Notes: generated from the letters alone by a model not told the origin. A stretch of DNA of 64,000 nucleotides from an uncultured Lentimicrobiaceae bacterium (GCA_964598505.1 CAZRCF010000001.1:150543-214542), one strand, 5' to 3'; shown: positions 35,319-45,334, counted from the stretch's first letter. Made by a program: numbers and translations.

Positions 35319-36629
35319 CTATTCATTAAGATCGAATGGAAAACCAATCCGTTCAATGAATTTCTCCATTAGTTTTTCAAATTTATCACTATTATAATTC
35401 ATGTAAGCTTCGTGAAAAACGAAACAGTATTGAAAATTTATTAAATTCTTTTTTGTTCTATTGCCGAATATTAAAGGATATTTATATTCTAATTCTCTTA
35501 ATATCGGCGAGATCTTATTCTTGAATGTATTAAAGTTACTTGTTTCAAGAAACAAATTAACTATATTATTCTTATCAATTTCTTCATCAATAATTTTATC
35601 AATTGTTGTTTGGGCAATAACATTTAATAAACTTGCCATGCGAGTTTCTTCTACGTTTTTACCGTCTCGAACACATTGTAAATCTCTACAAACTGTTTCT
35701 AAGACTTCTTTATTATCAATTACTAAATGCATCTTGTCCATAAGATCGTGTGCATATCCACAGGTGTAAGTTCCATTGGGTTCTGGAATAAACATAATCT
35801 GTTCTTTGAGCTTATACAAACCACTTAATGAATAATTTACAGTATCATATGTAACCTGAACTTTGCATTTTCTATCTTTCAAATAATGTTGATTAAATAG
35901 TTTATGTAAGAAACTCATAATCATTCTATCATGTAAATGATATACTCCTAAAATATGAATAATACTTGTGTAATCAAGATTCTTATCATTGATTAATTTT
36001 AAGATCTTATATGTTATTCCTATAAAGGGACTGAATTTGATTCCAGTTATTCCTCTTAAAGAAACTAATCCTCCGACGGCAAAATTCTTCAAATTATTAT
36101 TATCGGCAAAATTCTCTTGATATACTTGTTTCCAAATATTATATTGCTTCAACAATTTAAACTGCCAAACAAAAGTATATTTATCATATAATTTTGGATT
36201 CTTTTCTAGAATTTTTACTGCTGTCGAAATAGATCTAGAATTAGCTTCTAGAATTGTTTTTATATTATTATTTTCTGGATATTTTAAAAAGATCGGAATA
36301 TCTAATGAAAATATATAATCGCAATTATCTGGTGCGTCTCTTTCCAGAAACATGTTGTAACATTCCGTAAATTTTCCAACATCTCTTGGGGAAACATCGC
36401 CTGCTATGATACTATATCCACCGGAGTCGACGAAGAATTTTCTACCATTATCCAGCACTTGCCGGTATTGTTTAATTTCTTCCGTAACACGATGAAGAGT
36501 ATCAAATCCGAAATTCCCCTGCCTCATTCCCTTAATTAAACTGAATAAGTAATTATTAACGTATTTATCAATTAATTTGAGTTGGTTCGATTCTATCACG
36601 TCGCCAGTCGTGTGTACGTATTGAAACAT
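35319..36629 (-). CDS. dpdA: DpdA-like tRNA-guanine-transglycosylase-superfamily protein (candidate 7-deazaguanine DNA transglycosylase)
   Basis: FFVDSGGYSI resembles the TGT/DpdA DSGGF(Q/S) substrate-pocket motif. About 430 aa in size. Co-occurs with folE2, queC, queD and queE. Confidence 0.6.
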   Translation of the reverse strand: MFQYVHTTGDVIESNQLKLIDKYVNNYLFSLIKGMRQGNFGFDTLHRVTEEIKQYRQVLDNGRKFFVDSGGYSIIAGDVSPRDVGKFTECYNMFLERDAPDNCDYIFSLDIPIFLKYPENNNIKTILEANSRSISTAVKILEKNPKLYDKYTFVWQFKLLKQYNIWKQVYQENFADNNNLKNFAVGGLVSLRGITGIKFSPFIGITYKILKLINDKNLDYTSIIHILGVYHLHDRMIMSFLHKLFNQHYLKDRKCKVQVTYDTVNYSLSGLYKLKEQIMFIPEPNGTYTCGYAHDLMDKMHLVIDNKEVLETVCRDLQCVRDGKNVEETRMASLLNVIAQTTIDKIIDEEIDKNNIVNLFLETSNFNTFKNKISPILRELEYKYPLIFGNRTKKNLINFQYCFVFHEAYMNYNSDKFEKLMEKFIERIGFPFDLNE

Positions 36630-36992
36630 TTATTTTTCCTTTTCTTTTATTAAATGTATTTGCTTCAGTTGACCATCAACAAAATAAGATGAGAACTCAA
36701 TCCAATTTTCATTATGACCTACATAAAATCTAATCTCACCTATGAAATCATTAACAAATTCCCATCGAGAATTTACTTTAGTTATACTGCCTATAAATTT
36801 CATAACACCTTCTCCATTTGGATCACTATGATCTTCTATATCATATTCTTCATGCCACAATGTTCCATCTTCTCGAATCTCATACATATCACAAAATTGA
36901 GATGGTGTATCTTTTGTTTGAAAAACTACATCTTTTAAATCAATATCTGTTGGCAATGTATATTTACATTTTAAGTTATCAAACATTCCCAT
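36630..36992 (-). CDS. hypothetical protein (120 aa)
   Basis: ORF track; AAGGAGTAAAATATG start context. Confidence 0.55.
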   Translation of the reverse strand: MGMFDNLKCKYTLPTDIDLKDVVFQTKDTPSQFCDMYEIREDGTLWHEEYDIEDHSDPNGEGVMKFIGSITKVNSRWEFVNDFIGEIRFYVGHNENWIEFSSYFVDGQLKQIHLIKEKEK

Positions 36993-36995
36993 ATT

Positions 36996-37250
36996 TTACT
37001 CCTTATCAGATCTTATTTTTAGGACTTTAAAATCTATATTATGATCATATAATATTGGCGCTATTTCTCCATTATTTGATCTTTTAATTGCTAATTTAAA
37101 AGTTTGTCTAAGTTGTTCTGATAAATTTATATACATTTCTTGATTTATTTTAGTATTTACTTGACATAATAATATATCACCATTTTCCAATACTAAATCA
37201 TCATCTTGAATTATATTTCCATCCTTATCATTTATCTGGAGTTTGATCAT
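36996..37250 (-). CDS. hypothetical protein (84 aa)
   Basis: ORF track. Confidence 0.5.
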   Translation of the reverse strand: MIKLQINDKDGNIIQDDDLVLENGDILLCQVNTKINQEMYINLSEQLRQTFKLAIKRSNNGEIAPILYDHNIDFKVLKIRSDKE

Positions 37251-37263
37251 TTTTATGTTTCCT

Positions 37264-37674
37264 TTAATATAGGATTTCTACTAAATTAGCTAAATCAATA
37301 TCTAATTTTTCTTCTGTTCCATCGTGTATTTGAATGTGCATTTTAGTTTCACAATGATTTGATTTATACATTTTTTCGGCGCGAGCTGCAACGTCTCGGT
37401 ATCCAGGTTTAGATCCAGCATATTGTTTTGCTCTAATTCTTGCTGCGTATATTAATGCACAATCAGGCTTACCTGTATCTGGGTTTACTACTGGGAATTT
37501 TAATTGGTCAGGAAGTAAGAAAGCGTGTTTGCCATATTTCTCAAGCATTAGTTGTCGATTTTTTCTACTTGATAATTTAGCTTTTGTAGAATTTGGAATA
37601 AGTTTTTTAATAGCTTCTGTTAATACATCATCCGTAGTTTCGTCTGTATAGAATTGTTGTTCATTAATTAACAT
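37264..37674 (-). CDS. hypothetical protein (136 aa)
   Basis: Start moved to the second ATG (MLINEQ) because GGAGG lies 8 nt upstream of it. Confidence 0.55.
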   Translation of the reverse strand: MLINEQQFYTDETTDDVLTEAIKKLIPNSTKAKLSSRKNRQLMLEKYGKHAFLLPDQLKFPVVNPDTGKPDCALIYAARIRAKQYAGSKPGYRDVAARAEKMYKSNHCETKMHIQIHDGTEEKLDIDLANLVEILY

Positions 37675-37697
37675 TTTAAGAACCTCCATAAAAATAT

Positions 37698-37737
37698 AAG
37701 CTAACCAAAACTCTAATTAAAGAATTTTGGTTAGCTT
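37698..37737 (-). terminator. intrinsic terminator
   Basis: 13-bp stem AAGCTAACCAAAA/TTTTGGTTAGCTT followed on the minus strand by ATATTTTTAT. Confidence 0.7.
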
Positions 37738-37747
37738 TTGTTACTAA

Positions 37748-38467
37748 TTAAAATGGTACATCGTCGCTAAAGTTATTGAATGCATTTGAGAAATTTCCAG
37801 CAACACCTGCTGCTCCAGGATTTGGAGCATTACCACCAAATGGAGTAGGATTAACTCCTGAAGACGGAACTGGATCTGCAAATCCTGTTGGATTTGGGTT
37901 TTCATAAACTCCAGTTTGAGCTCCAGCTGGACCTCTTAAAATTTCAAGTTTATCACAATGTTCTGACATTGCTTGTAATTTATCAGCTATTGCTAATGCT
38001 CTATATGGAGTCATAGAATATCCTAATGCTTGATTACTTCCTACTTTGAAGAAGAATGTAACTTGAGGAGCATTATTCTGTTTTTGATTCTGTGTTTTCT
38101 GAATCATTAAAGATTTGCCTGTTCCACCTTGTGCTCCTCCACCATATGCGGATTTACCAGAATCAACATAAATTGAATGAGGACCAAGTTGAGCTTCTTG
38201 TCCACGTGCAAATGCTCTTAATGCATGAGCAAGTTCATCAATTTGATAACTATCAACTTTCATTGTAACTCTATTATTGAAATCAAATGTTCTCCCACCT
38301 TGTTGACTCTGAACTCCTGGAGCTAGTGTAATAAAGAAGAAGAATTGTTTTTTGTAACTTTGTTCCGATTCCTGCTTCACAATCGAAAATTGAAGAAGAT
38401 GATTTGCTGGAAACGAAGTTGAAAATATGTTTTCTAATTTTGATTGTCCTTGTGGTGCATTTGCCAT
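37748..38467 (-). CDS. candidate non-canonical ssDNA-binding protein with SSB-type acidic C-terminal tip
   Basis: Structured N-domain, then a G/P/N/Q-rich disordered tail ending FSDDVPF (compare bacterial SSB DDDIPF). GGAGG SD upstream. Confidence 0.45.
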   Translation of the reverse strand: MANAPQGQSKLENIFSTSFPANHLLQFSIVKQESEQSYKKQFFFFITLAPGVQSQQGGRTFDFNNRVTMKVDSYQIDELAHALRAFARGQEAQLGPHSIYVDSGKSAYGGGAQGGTGKSLMIQKTQNQKQNNAPQVTFFFKVGSNQALGYSMTPYRALAIADKLQAMSEHCDKLEILRGPAGAQTGVYENPNPTGFADPVPSSGVNPTPFGGNAPNPGAAGVAGNFSNAFNNFSDDVPF

Positions 38468-38483
38468 TTAGTTGTTGCCTCCA

Positions 38484-38654
38484 TTATTGTTTTATTGGTT
38501 TTTCTATTGGATAAATATCTGGAAATGTATCAATATCTAATCCTTCTGGTTTATTAGGAAAATTTTTTATAATTGGTAATTCCACAATTATTTTTTCATC
38601 ATCCTTTACAGGGTGACTATATGCCTCAAGTCTATCTCTAATAGGATCTATCAT
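38484..38654 (-). CDS. small hypothetical protein (56 aa)
   Basis: Hand translation gives MIDPIRDRLEAYSHP... GAGGTG upstream. Fills an otherwise empty 190-bp gap. Confidence 0.4.
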   Translation of the reverse strand: MIDPIRDRLEAYSHPVKDDEKIIVELPIIKNFPNKPEGLDIDTFPDIYPIEKPIKQ

Positions 38655-38656
38655 AG

Positions 38657-39376
38657 TTATGACACCTCAATTAAAAGATCTGGTGGAATCGTATCAAGAA
38701 CAGCTTGCGCATTATCTATAAGTGTCTGCCCTTCTGTTTGCAACTTATCGTAATTCAAATTTAAAGCTCCAAATGGAGTTGCTAAGTTTTCAAATTTTGA
38801 TCGCATTGCCGCTATCCAAAGTTTTGTATGACCAAGACACATAGGTTTAAAAGCTCTATGATATAAATCTGGTCTAATAGTATCTAATGTGATATGTGGA
38901 CGATTATATATAACAACACATGAATAAATCTCTTTATCAAATATCATTATATTTGGTGGTACAAATTCCCAGGTTTGTCTAGTTTGCATAGATCTAACTG
39001 CGTCAATATATGCGTTTGAAATTACAAGATCCATAGCGGCTTGAGCATTAATAATAGCTCCACCATACATATCCACAACTGAAACTTCCTTAGTTGGCAT
39101 AGCTTCAAGAATATCCACAATATACGTTCCTTCTGGAACTGGTATTGTATACATAAATCTTGGAGAACCTGATGCACCATTTATTTGATTTGCACCAGTA
39201 ATAAAAGCATAATCTTTAGCTGGGGCATATTGTGAAAATGCTGAAAGAGTATGTTCTCTCAAATTTAATATAAGTTCGTCATCTGGTATTTCTAATAAAT
39301 TTATTGGAACTCCAAGATTAATTTTAATATAGCTTAAAATATTATTCCAATGTTGTGCTGGTTGAGTATCTGTCAT
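38657..39376 (-). CDS. hypothetical protein (239 aa)
   Basis: Start moved to MTDTQPAQ (AAGGAG upstream) so the CDS does not read through the palindromic hairpin. Confidence 0.6.
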   Translation of the reverse strand: MTDTQPAQHWNNILSYIKINLGVPINLLEIPDDELILNLREHTLSAFSQYAPAKDYAFITGANQINGASGSPRFMYTIPVPEGTYIVDILEAMPTKEVSVVDMYGGAIINAQAAMDLVISNAYIDAVRSMQTRQTWEFVPPNIMIFDKEIYSCVVIYNRPHITLDTIRPDLYHRAFKPMCLGHTKLWIAAMRSKFENLATPFGALNLNYDKLQTEGQTLIDNAQAVLDTIPPDLLIEVS

Positions 39377-39391
39377 AATTAACTCCTTGAC

Positions 39392-39425
39392 TATCGGCAA
39401 GATCTTTAACTAGATCTTGCCGATA
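39392..39425 (-). terminator. terminator; 28-bp CGGCAAGATCT palindromic element, inverted copy
   Basis: CGGCAAGATCTTTAACTAGATCTTGCCG is the exact reverse complement of the cores at 45338 and 53651. Confidence 0.7.
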
Positions 39426-39436
39426 AAATATAAAAA

Positions 39437-39832
39437 TTATTTTATAATTTCATTAAATAATTCATTTGAAACATCTGCAATAAGACCGGTTTTTGCAATA
39501 GATGAGGCTTTAACAGCTCCTTCATCACTAAGACGCTCAACAAGTACTTTCTTACATGATGCTAAAAATTCATGATTTGTTTTTTCAATGAATTTTGCAA
39601 GTTCTACAGGAGCTTCTTGAGGAACAATAACAACATTAAAATTATAACCCATATTCTGGATTAATCTTTGAAGCGGTTTAAGACCAAAATCTGCTCCTTT
39701 AAGGAAACCTTCGAATTGTGGTTCGTTTTGTGCTCCTAAAGTTAATCCACAAACATGTCTCTTTTTAGCTCCACCATCAATTATTTCTTGAAATACTTCT
39801 CTTAAAGCTCCATTAATATTTTCGACTTTCAT
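39437..39832 (-). CDS. hypothetical protein (131 aa)
   Basis: ORF track; GGAGGTAAAATG start context. Confidence 0.55.
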   Translation of the reverse strand: MKVENINGALREVFQEIIDGGAKKRHVCGLTLGAQNEPQFEGFLKGADFGLKPLQRLIQNMGYNFNVVIVPQEAPVELAKFIEKTNHEFLASCKKVLVERLSDEGAVKASSIAKTGLIADVSNELFNEIIK

Positions 39833-40044
39833 TTTACCTCCATATTGATTTTATTACATGTTACTGTAGTTATTGATATTATATTTCCATATGAGTTATT
39901 ACTTTTAATTGCAGCATAACATATTCCATATCTGTCTTTGAAATAACTAAGATCATTTGAAAGAGTTTCTACTTTTTCTGGTTTGTCAGTAACTGTGCAT
40001 CCTAATATGATAAATAATATAAATATAAATATTATTTTCTTCAT
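39829..40044 (-). CDS. small lipoprotein (71 aa)
   Basis: Signal peptide with lipobox: MKKIIFIFILFIILGC. Confidence 0.6.
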   Translation of the reverse strand: MKKIIFIFILFIILGCTVTDKPEKVETLSNDLSYFKDRYGICYAAIKSNNSYGNIISITTVTCNKINMEVK

Positions 40045-41078
40045 TTTACCTCCATGTTGGTTTCTTGTTTTATAAATACTTGTTTTGGTATTCGTTTAAG
40101 TTGTTCTTCAAATGATATTAATTTATAGTTCTTATTAATCATTTCAAAATTATCTTTAATAATATCTGGCATCGTATTAAGTTTCCATTTAAGTTCTTCT
40201 GCCGATATAGGAATTGAATGATTTATAATTAAATCAATTGCTTTTGTTGGACCAATTCCTCTTATTCCAGGAACACCATCTGCTTTATCTCCACCGATTG
40301 CCAAAATCATAGGGATATATTCCGCAGTTAATATTCCTCTTTTAAATTTCTTATTAATGTAACTTATTGCATTTTCATTATCATAAGCATCAAACTGAAT
40401 TACATATCCTCCCTTATTTCTATTTGGGTTTTGAATAAAAGAGGTTACACATTGTATTGTATTTGTAAATTTACAACATTGTAATAAGTCTTTATCAACG
40501 GACAAGATTACATTTAACACATCAGATTGATCTGAATCGAATAAACCATTTACAATACAATAGTGAGGAATTAAATCAGCTTCATACTCTTTAAGATAAT
40601 AAACTTTTGAAATATCTTTTTTAGTAAACATTTGTTCAATTTTTTGATAGTAATATTTTTTTATTTCTCGGAATAATTGAACTTGTTCATCATTATCAAT
40701 TATTAAATTTAAAGTTGATCTTCCAGATTTATATGAACTATCAATTATTTTTTGTTGAGCACAATATCCATCATCATATGAAATTACAAAAAATGGATCA
40801 TATGCCTTAAATTGGGTATATAATCCATTTAGAAATTCTCTTAGTTCTTGCACTAAAATATCGCTGACTTTTCCTTCAGTAGCGTATCTTCCAAGTTCGA
40901 CTAAAATGACATCCTTATTATAGAAGCCTTTTGCGATCGATTGAAGATCGATAAAAAAGTTAATTCGTTTCTTACTTAATTTTTGAAGAATCTCTACAAT
41001 TAGAGAATATTTAATCTGATATTTTATATAGTATTTAATAGCTTTTCCACTCCTTTCAAAAAATAAAAATAGAAACAT
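40041..41078 (-). CDS. flap endonuclease / 5'-3' exonuclease (T4 RNase H-like, PIN + H3TH)
   Basis: INFFIDLQSIA (T4 RNase H ICLIDFSQIA), YEADLIPHY, GGDKADGVPGIRGIGPTKA (H3TH). The start is uncertain: the ATG lies only 23 nt from the promoter core, and an AAGGAG lies further inside. Confidence 0.75.
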   Translation of the reverse strand: MFLFLFFERSGKAIKYYIKYQIKYSLIVEILQKLSKKRINFFIDLQSIAKGFYNKDVILVELGRYATEGKVSDILVQELREFLNGLYTQFKAYDPFFVISYDDGYCAQQKIIDSSYKSGRSTLNLIIDNDEQVQLFREIKKYYYQKIEQMFTKKDISKVYYLKEYEADLIPHYCIVNGLFDSDQSDVLNVILSVDKDLLQCCKFTNTIQCVTSFIQNPNRNKGGYVIQFDAYDNENAISYINKKFKRGILTAEYIPMILAIGGDKADGVPGIRGIGPTKAIDLIINHSIPISAEELKWKLNTMPDIIKDNFEMINKNYKLISFEEQLKRIPKQVFIKQETNMEVK

Positions 41079-41092
41079 TTATCTGATTTCTA

Positions 41093-41127
41093 AATATATA
41101 ATTTCTATATGAAAATTGAAAATATAA
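41093..41127 (-). promoter_or_regulatory. promoter-like element with ATATAGAAAT block (copy 6)
   Basis: Minus strand reads TTTCAA-TTTTC-ATATAGAAAT-TA-TATATT. The core is at 41101-41110. Confidence 0.5.
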
Positions 41128-41144
41128 AAATGTGAGTGTTTGTT

Positions 41145-42890
41145 TTATTTTGGTGAAAGTGGTTCTGGTTCAAATCCTTTAGGTGGTAAAGGTTCTGATT
41201 GTGATACTGTCTCTTTTTTTGGTTTAATCAATCTTAACATTGCATATTTATTAATGCACTCAAGAGTAGCATCTTTTAGCTGTCGCCGCTTAAAAATATT
41301 AGCAATATAAACTGGAGTATGAATATAATCATTTGTATTAATTCCGGTTTTTGGATCTTTTTCCAGATTATATAATTTTCCAAATTGCAACCAAATTGGA
41401 GTAGTATTTGTTGTTTCATATAATTCAATTTTGTCTATATGTTCTCTGAATATTCCAATATTGTCCATAATTCTTTGTTCAGCAGGTTTTATATCATCAG
41501 GGACATAAATTCTTAAAGATGTCATTCTTGAATCTTGAGTTTCAGATGTATTATCTGCCATTAATGTTTTCGGAAGTGTTCCTAATTTTTTTAATGTTTG
41601 TGTCATATTTGTTTTTATAAAATTAATTACGGCATTTGGTCGATCAAGAATTGATTCTGTATCGGCAAATGGTTGTGAATCTATACGATGAGTAAATGTA
41701 GTAATATTTGCATCTTTTGAAATATCAACTTTTTCAAAAGTTTTATAACAATTGAAGAAATTAATTAGTATAGCCCATATTGGAATTTTTCCATTAATAG
41801 GTTTTGAATCTTTATCATAATCTCCAAAATTAAAACTATCAAAAAACCAAAAACTTGGTGTACTAAATGGCTTATATGTATTATTAATATATTCTGGAAC
41901 ATTAATTTCTGGAATTGTTGGAGGAATTGTTATCTGTTCATAATGATGTAAATTTACTGTACTCTTATCTGCTAACACAATTTGTTTAATATTTTTTGAA
42001 TTTCCAGCGTATTTCTTTATCATGTAATCTGTGAATGAGCTCATTTGTGATGTTTTTATTTGAGGATTAAAACTATTATTTATTATTGTTTCCAAAGCAA
42101 TCAACTCTGGATTCTGAGAAGAATTGGTATCCGTTTTAGTATAAGGTGTAAATACGACATTAAATCCTGTATTTACTGACATTTGCCATGCTATTGGATT
42201 CTCAAGAACAATTCTACATGGAATTGCTCCTTCTGCAGTTGTTCTATCAGTTGTTGTTTTGTCTTTTTGACGCTCACACACTCTAATCACAACAAATGAT
42301 GAATATAATTTTAATTTAATATTGTCATCGGCTTCATTCGATTTATCGATATCTTTTATTTGATGACATGTTAATTCATATTCTGGAAATTTTTTTTGAC
42401 TTAATTCAACTTCGATAGCATCCAAAGTGGCATTTGGTATCATTGCTTCCATATCTATAAGTACACCTTGTTTTTTAATAGGATCTCTTATAAATGCGAT
42501 ATATTGAAAATCTGTTATGTGTGGAAGGGATTTATCTAATATATTTGTGCGTGATAGAATAAATTCATATACAGCTGTTGTTGTATCATCTTTAGTGGCA
42601 TTTTGTTTATTTGATGTTGTAACTTCGGATACAGAAGCTTTTACATTAGAGACAATCTTATCTGCACTTGTTATAGTTGTTGATAATGCTTTTTTAGCAT
42701 CAGATGATATAGAATCTAGTTTTGCTTGGGCACCAGGAATTGATGTTGATATATCTTTCTTTGCACTAGAAATTATATCTGCAACTGTTCCTAATGCGTC
42801 AGAATTTGTTCCAGCCGATGCTGCTTCAATTTTTGCAACTGTACCTTTCATATCTTCTTTTACTTTTGCAAGAACACTCATCGCGTCCAT
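41145..42890 (-). CDS. large hypothetical protein (581 aa), possibly structural
   Basis: Start moved to MDAMSVLAKV (GGAGAT 8 nt upstream), downstream of the hairpin. No motif recognised. Confidence 0.6.
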   Translation of the reverse strand: MDAMSVLAKVKEDMKGTVAKIEAASAGTNSDALGTVADIISSAKKDISTSIPGAQAKLDSISSDAKKALSTTITSADKIVSNVKASVSEVTTSNKQNATKDDTTTAVYEFILSRTNILDKSLPHITDFQYIAFIRDPIKKQGVLIDMEAMIPNATLDAIEVELSQKKFPEYELTCHQIKDIDKSNEADDNIKLKLYSSFVVIRVCERQKDKTTTDRTTAEGAIPCRIVLENPIAWQMSVNTGFNVVFTPYTKTDTNSSQNPELIALETIINNSFNPQIKTSQMSSFTDYMIKKYAGNSKNIKQIVLADKSTVNLHHYEQITIPPTIPEINVPEYINNTYKPFSTPSFWFFDSFNFGDYDKDSKPINGKIPIWAILINFFNCYKTFEKVDISKDANITTFTHRIDSQPFADTESILDRPNAVINFIKTNMTQTLKKLGTLPKTLMADNTSETQDSRMTSLRIYVPDDIKPAEQRIMDNIGIFREHIDKIELYETTNTTPIWLQFGKLYNLEKDPKTGINTNDYIHTPVYIANIFKRRQLKDATLECINKYAMLRLIKPKKETVSQSEPLPPKGFEPEPLSPK

Positions 42891-42916
42891 ATTATTATCT
42901 CCAAAATTGATTATTA

Positions 42917-42939
42917 GCAAGATCACTAATAGATCTTGC
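42917..42939 (-). terminator. degenerate copy of the CGGCAAGATCT palindromic element
   Basis: The right arm AGATCTTGCCGATA is intact. The left arm has decayed to TTAGCAAGATCA, leaving the 8-bp stem GCAAGATC/GATCTTGC. Confidence 0.45.
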
Positions 42940-42957
42940 CGATACATTTATTAAGTT

Positions 42958-43284
42958 TTATATTTTACGTTCCTGATAATCTCCAAAGATTTTATTTATC
43001 TTATTTTTTGCTTCTATTCTCATTTTATTTATATCTCTTATTTGTAAAGCTCTTTTGCCTACTTCTTCTAACGGCATATCTTTTCCATTTCTAATATCCG
43101 CTTCTAAAATCCATATCTTTGAGTTAGCTTCTATAAGATCAGCCATACTATCAAAAATTCCGGTATCATAACGTTCTATCTCTTTTTTAATTTCAATATA
43201 TTCATCTCCAATATTATCTAATACTCTTGCTTTCATTCTTAAAATAGACCATTTGTCAAATATGTCACCTACTGTCATTTTCAT
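42958..43284 (-). CDS. DUF4254-like protein (family often linked to glycosyltransferase loci)
   Basis: Pattern DKWSILRMK ... NSKIWILEADIR ... IRDINKMRIEAKNKIN resembles DUF4254. Weak, by eye only. Confidence 0.35.
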   Translation of the reverse strand: MKMTVGDIFDKWSILRMKARVLDNIGDEYIEIKKEIERYDTGIFDSMADLIEANSKIWILEADIRNGKDMPLEEVGKRALQIRDINKMRIEAKNKINKIFGDYQERKI

Positions 43285-43291
43285 AAAGTTA

Positions 43292-43858
43292 TTATTTCCT
43301 CCATGCCGTAAAGGTAGTTCTTGAATCATCTTGAAAAGTTAATGTTACGTTTTCAAGACGATTCATAAACTTTTCCATTGTAATTCTATCTGTTTTATCT
43401 GCATGCCATTCTATTGCCCATTTTCGAATTTTTAGTAATTCGTCGTCTGATAATTCAGGTAAGAAATCTTTTTCAGTTCCTTCACAATCTATTTTTAGGA
43501 AATCTATCTTTTCTAAATTATTAAGAATGCTTTTAAAACTAATAAAATCAACTTCCTCTGGAACTCCTCTTGTTAAATAAATTCCACTACTAGGTGTATC
43601 GTTTATGTCAAAATATATATTTCCTTTTCCATTATTTAAACAAACTGCAGCTTTTGTTAATTCTACTTCTTTAATTAATTTGCATATTTTGAATAATTTA
43701 TTGCATGGTTCAAACGCTATAATTCTTCCTGCTTTTTTAGATTTAGCATAATATATAAACTCTCCAACATGTGCACCAATGTCAACTACTATATCTCCTT
43801 CTTCAACATCACAATTTGGGGTTATATACGTATTAATATCTGTTACTGGATTAATCAT
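43292..43858 (-). CDS. FkbM-family SAM-dependent methyltransferase
   Basis: VVDIGAHVGEFIYYA ... IIAFEPC matches the FkbM (TIGR01444) N-terminal signature. ATGA overlap with the upstream gene. Confidence 0.7.
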   Translation of the reverse strand: MINPVTDINTYITPNCDVEEGDIVVDIGAHVGEFIYYAKSKKAGRIIAFEPCNKLFKICKLIKEVELTKAAVCLNNGKGNIYFDINDTPSSGIYLTRGVPEEVDFISFKSILNNLEKIDFLKIDCEGTEKDFLPELSDDELLKIRKWAIEWHADKTDRITMEKFMNRLENVTLTFQDDSRTTFTAWRK

Positions 43859-45300
43859 ATTCGACTCATTTCTGGTGTGCGAGCAAAACACATCTTACAT
43901 ATATTTGGAAAATCGTGATTAAGAAGTTGTTTTCTCCACAAATTCCACCTACTTAAAAATTTATCATATCCATCACGAATATCACCAATGTACATTTCAG
44001 ATTGCCAATCTCCACAACATACATGTCCTTTACCACAATAATCTACAATCAATTCCCAATTAGGTCTACCACATCTTTCGATATTATTACCTTCTATCTG
44101 TTGTATTCTTCCGTCCAGAGCACCTTGTTGAAACCTTATATTTTTACAAGTGTCTGAAAGAATATTGAGTGCAGTAGTATTTGTTTCTGGATAAATTGTA
44201 ACCATAACATCTGTAAATCTTTTTATAAGAAATTTGTCTTCGATTGATAAATTTATTCCGTTTGTCCACAGTGAGTATTTTGCTTCTGGAACAGCCTCTA
44301 TTATCTCAATTAGTTTATCTTTTGACAATAGGGGTTCATTATAATAATGAACATTAACAAGACCATCAAATCCTCGATTTATACAATGGTGAAGAAATCC
44401 GATAATATCTTTTGTTTCAAGTGGATTTCCTATTAGTTTTCGAGTGTTTCTTGGACATTCTTTATGTAAATTAGTAAGTTGACATTCATCGTTTATCTCA
44501 AATGCAAGATGTTTAAGAAAGTGAAGATCAATATGTGTATCCAGAATTGGTAATACCATATCGTTTTTGTGGGAATTACATGCAAGTACAATATCATTTT
44601 TTGTTACTGTGAAATGTTGATATCCATATCCTTTTTCCTTATTTTCTTTACTAAATCGTTTCTTGCGAAGAAGTCTTCTTGAAATTGCTAATGATGGATC
44701 TGCCATTTGCCAATGAACACCACTATATCTTTCTGCACAAAGATTGAACTCCTTTTCTAATTCGTGATTTCCAGGTTTAAATTGAATACCTATTCCTGGT
44801 CTAATAACAATAGGTTTTACATAATATATATTTGCAGCAGTATGTTCTGACTGCCAAGTTGATAGTCGATCGGGATCGCCATGTAATCTTTGTGGAACAG
44901 GTAAATCATTATAATCAAGATCTTTGTCGTCTTTATGCCGATATACTTGATATAACCATGCTAATATTATATCTCCTTCTTGGCGTTTTAAGAACTCTTT
45001 AGAATTTTCCCATGAAGCTGGAAATATAAATTCGTCCGGGTCAACAACATAGACCCAATCACATTTTATTAAGTTAAGTTGTTCATTTATTATTCGTACT
45101 TTTTGTGAATCATCAAGTCCTTCTTCTATATGACATGGAATTATTTTAATATTATTATATGATAAAAGAATACTCTCTGTTTTATCATCTGTATCAGTTT
45201 CTAGAAGGACCCTAATTTCGTCAACATCTTTATAATGATTACAAAAAAAATGAGCCATTTGCTCTTCATTATACATCATCGTAATGATTCCAATTCGCAT
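43855..45300 (-). CDS. two-domain protein: GT2-like glycosyltransferase N-domain + Cys-rich radical-SAM/SPASM-like C-domain
   Basis: N-terminus MRIGIITMMYNEE... is GT-A-like. C-terminus has VHYYNEPLL, WTNG, CGRPNWELIVDYCGKGHVCCGDW...IGDI...CKMCF (SPASM/twitch-like). No canonical CxxxCxxC motif was seen. Confidence 0.4.
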   Translation of the reverse strand: MRIGIITMMYNEEQMAHFFCNHYKDVDEIRVLLETDTDDKTESILLSYNNIKIIPCHIEEGLDDSQKVRIINEQLNLIKCDWVYVVDPDEFIFPASWENSKEFLKRQEGDIILAWLYQVYRHKDDKDLDYNDLPVPQRLHGDPDRLSTWQSEHTAANIYYVKPIVIRPGIGIQFKPGNHELEKEFNLCAERYSGVHWQMADPSLAISRRLLRKKRFSKENKEKGYGYQHFTVTKNDIVLACNSHKNDMVLPILDTHIDLHFLKHLAFEINDECQLTNLHKECPRNTRKLIGNPLETKDIIGFLHHCINRGFDGLVNVHYYNEPLLSKDKLIEIIEAVPEAKYSLWTNGINLSIEDKFLIKRFTDVMVTIYPETNTTALNILSDTCKNIRFQQGALDGRIQQIEGNNIERCGRPNWELIVDYCGKGHVCCGDWQSEMYIGDIRDGYDKFLSRWNLWRKQLLNHDFPNICKMCFARTPEMSRI

Positions 45301-45334
45301 AGATTTCCTTTCTTTTTAATTCTAAAAAAATTGT

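Noticed and set aside
39377-39400. N-terminal extensions of ORFs 38657..39400, 41145..42947 and 53418..57 that begin inside palindromic hairpins.
   Set aside because: - The extended starts lie within the CGGCAAGATCT terminator stems and lack SD sites.
- Downstream ATGs (39376, 42890, 53633) have GGAG-type SDs.
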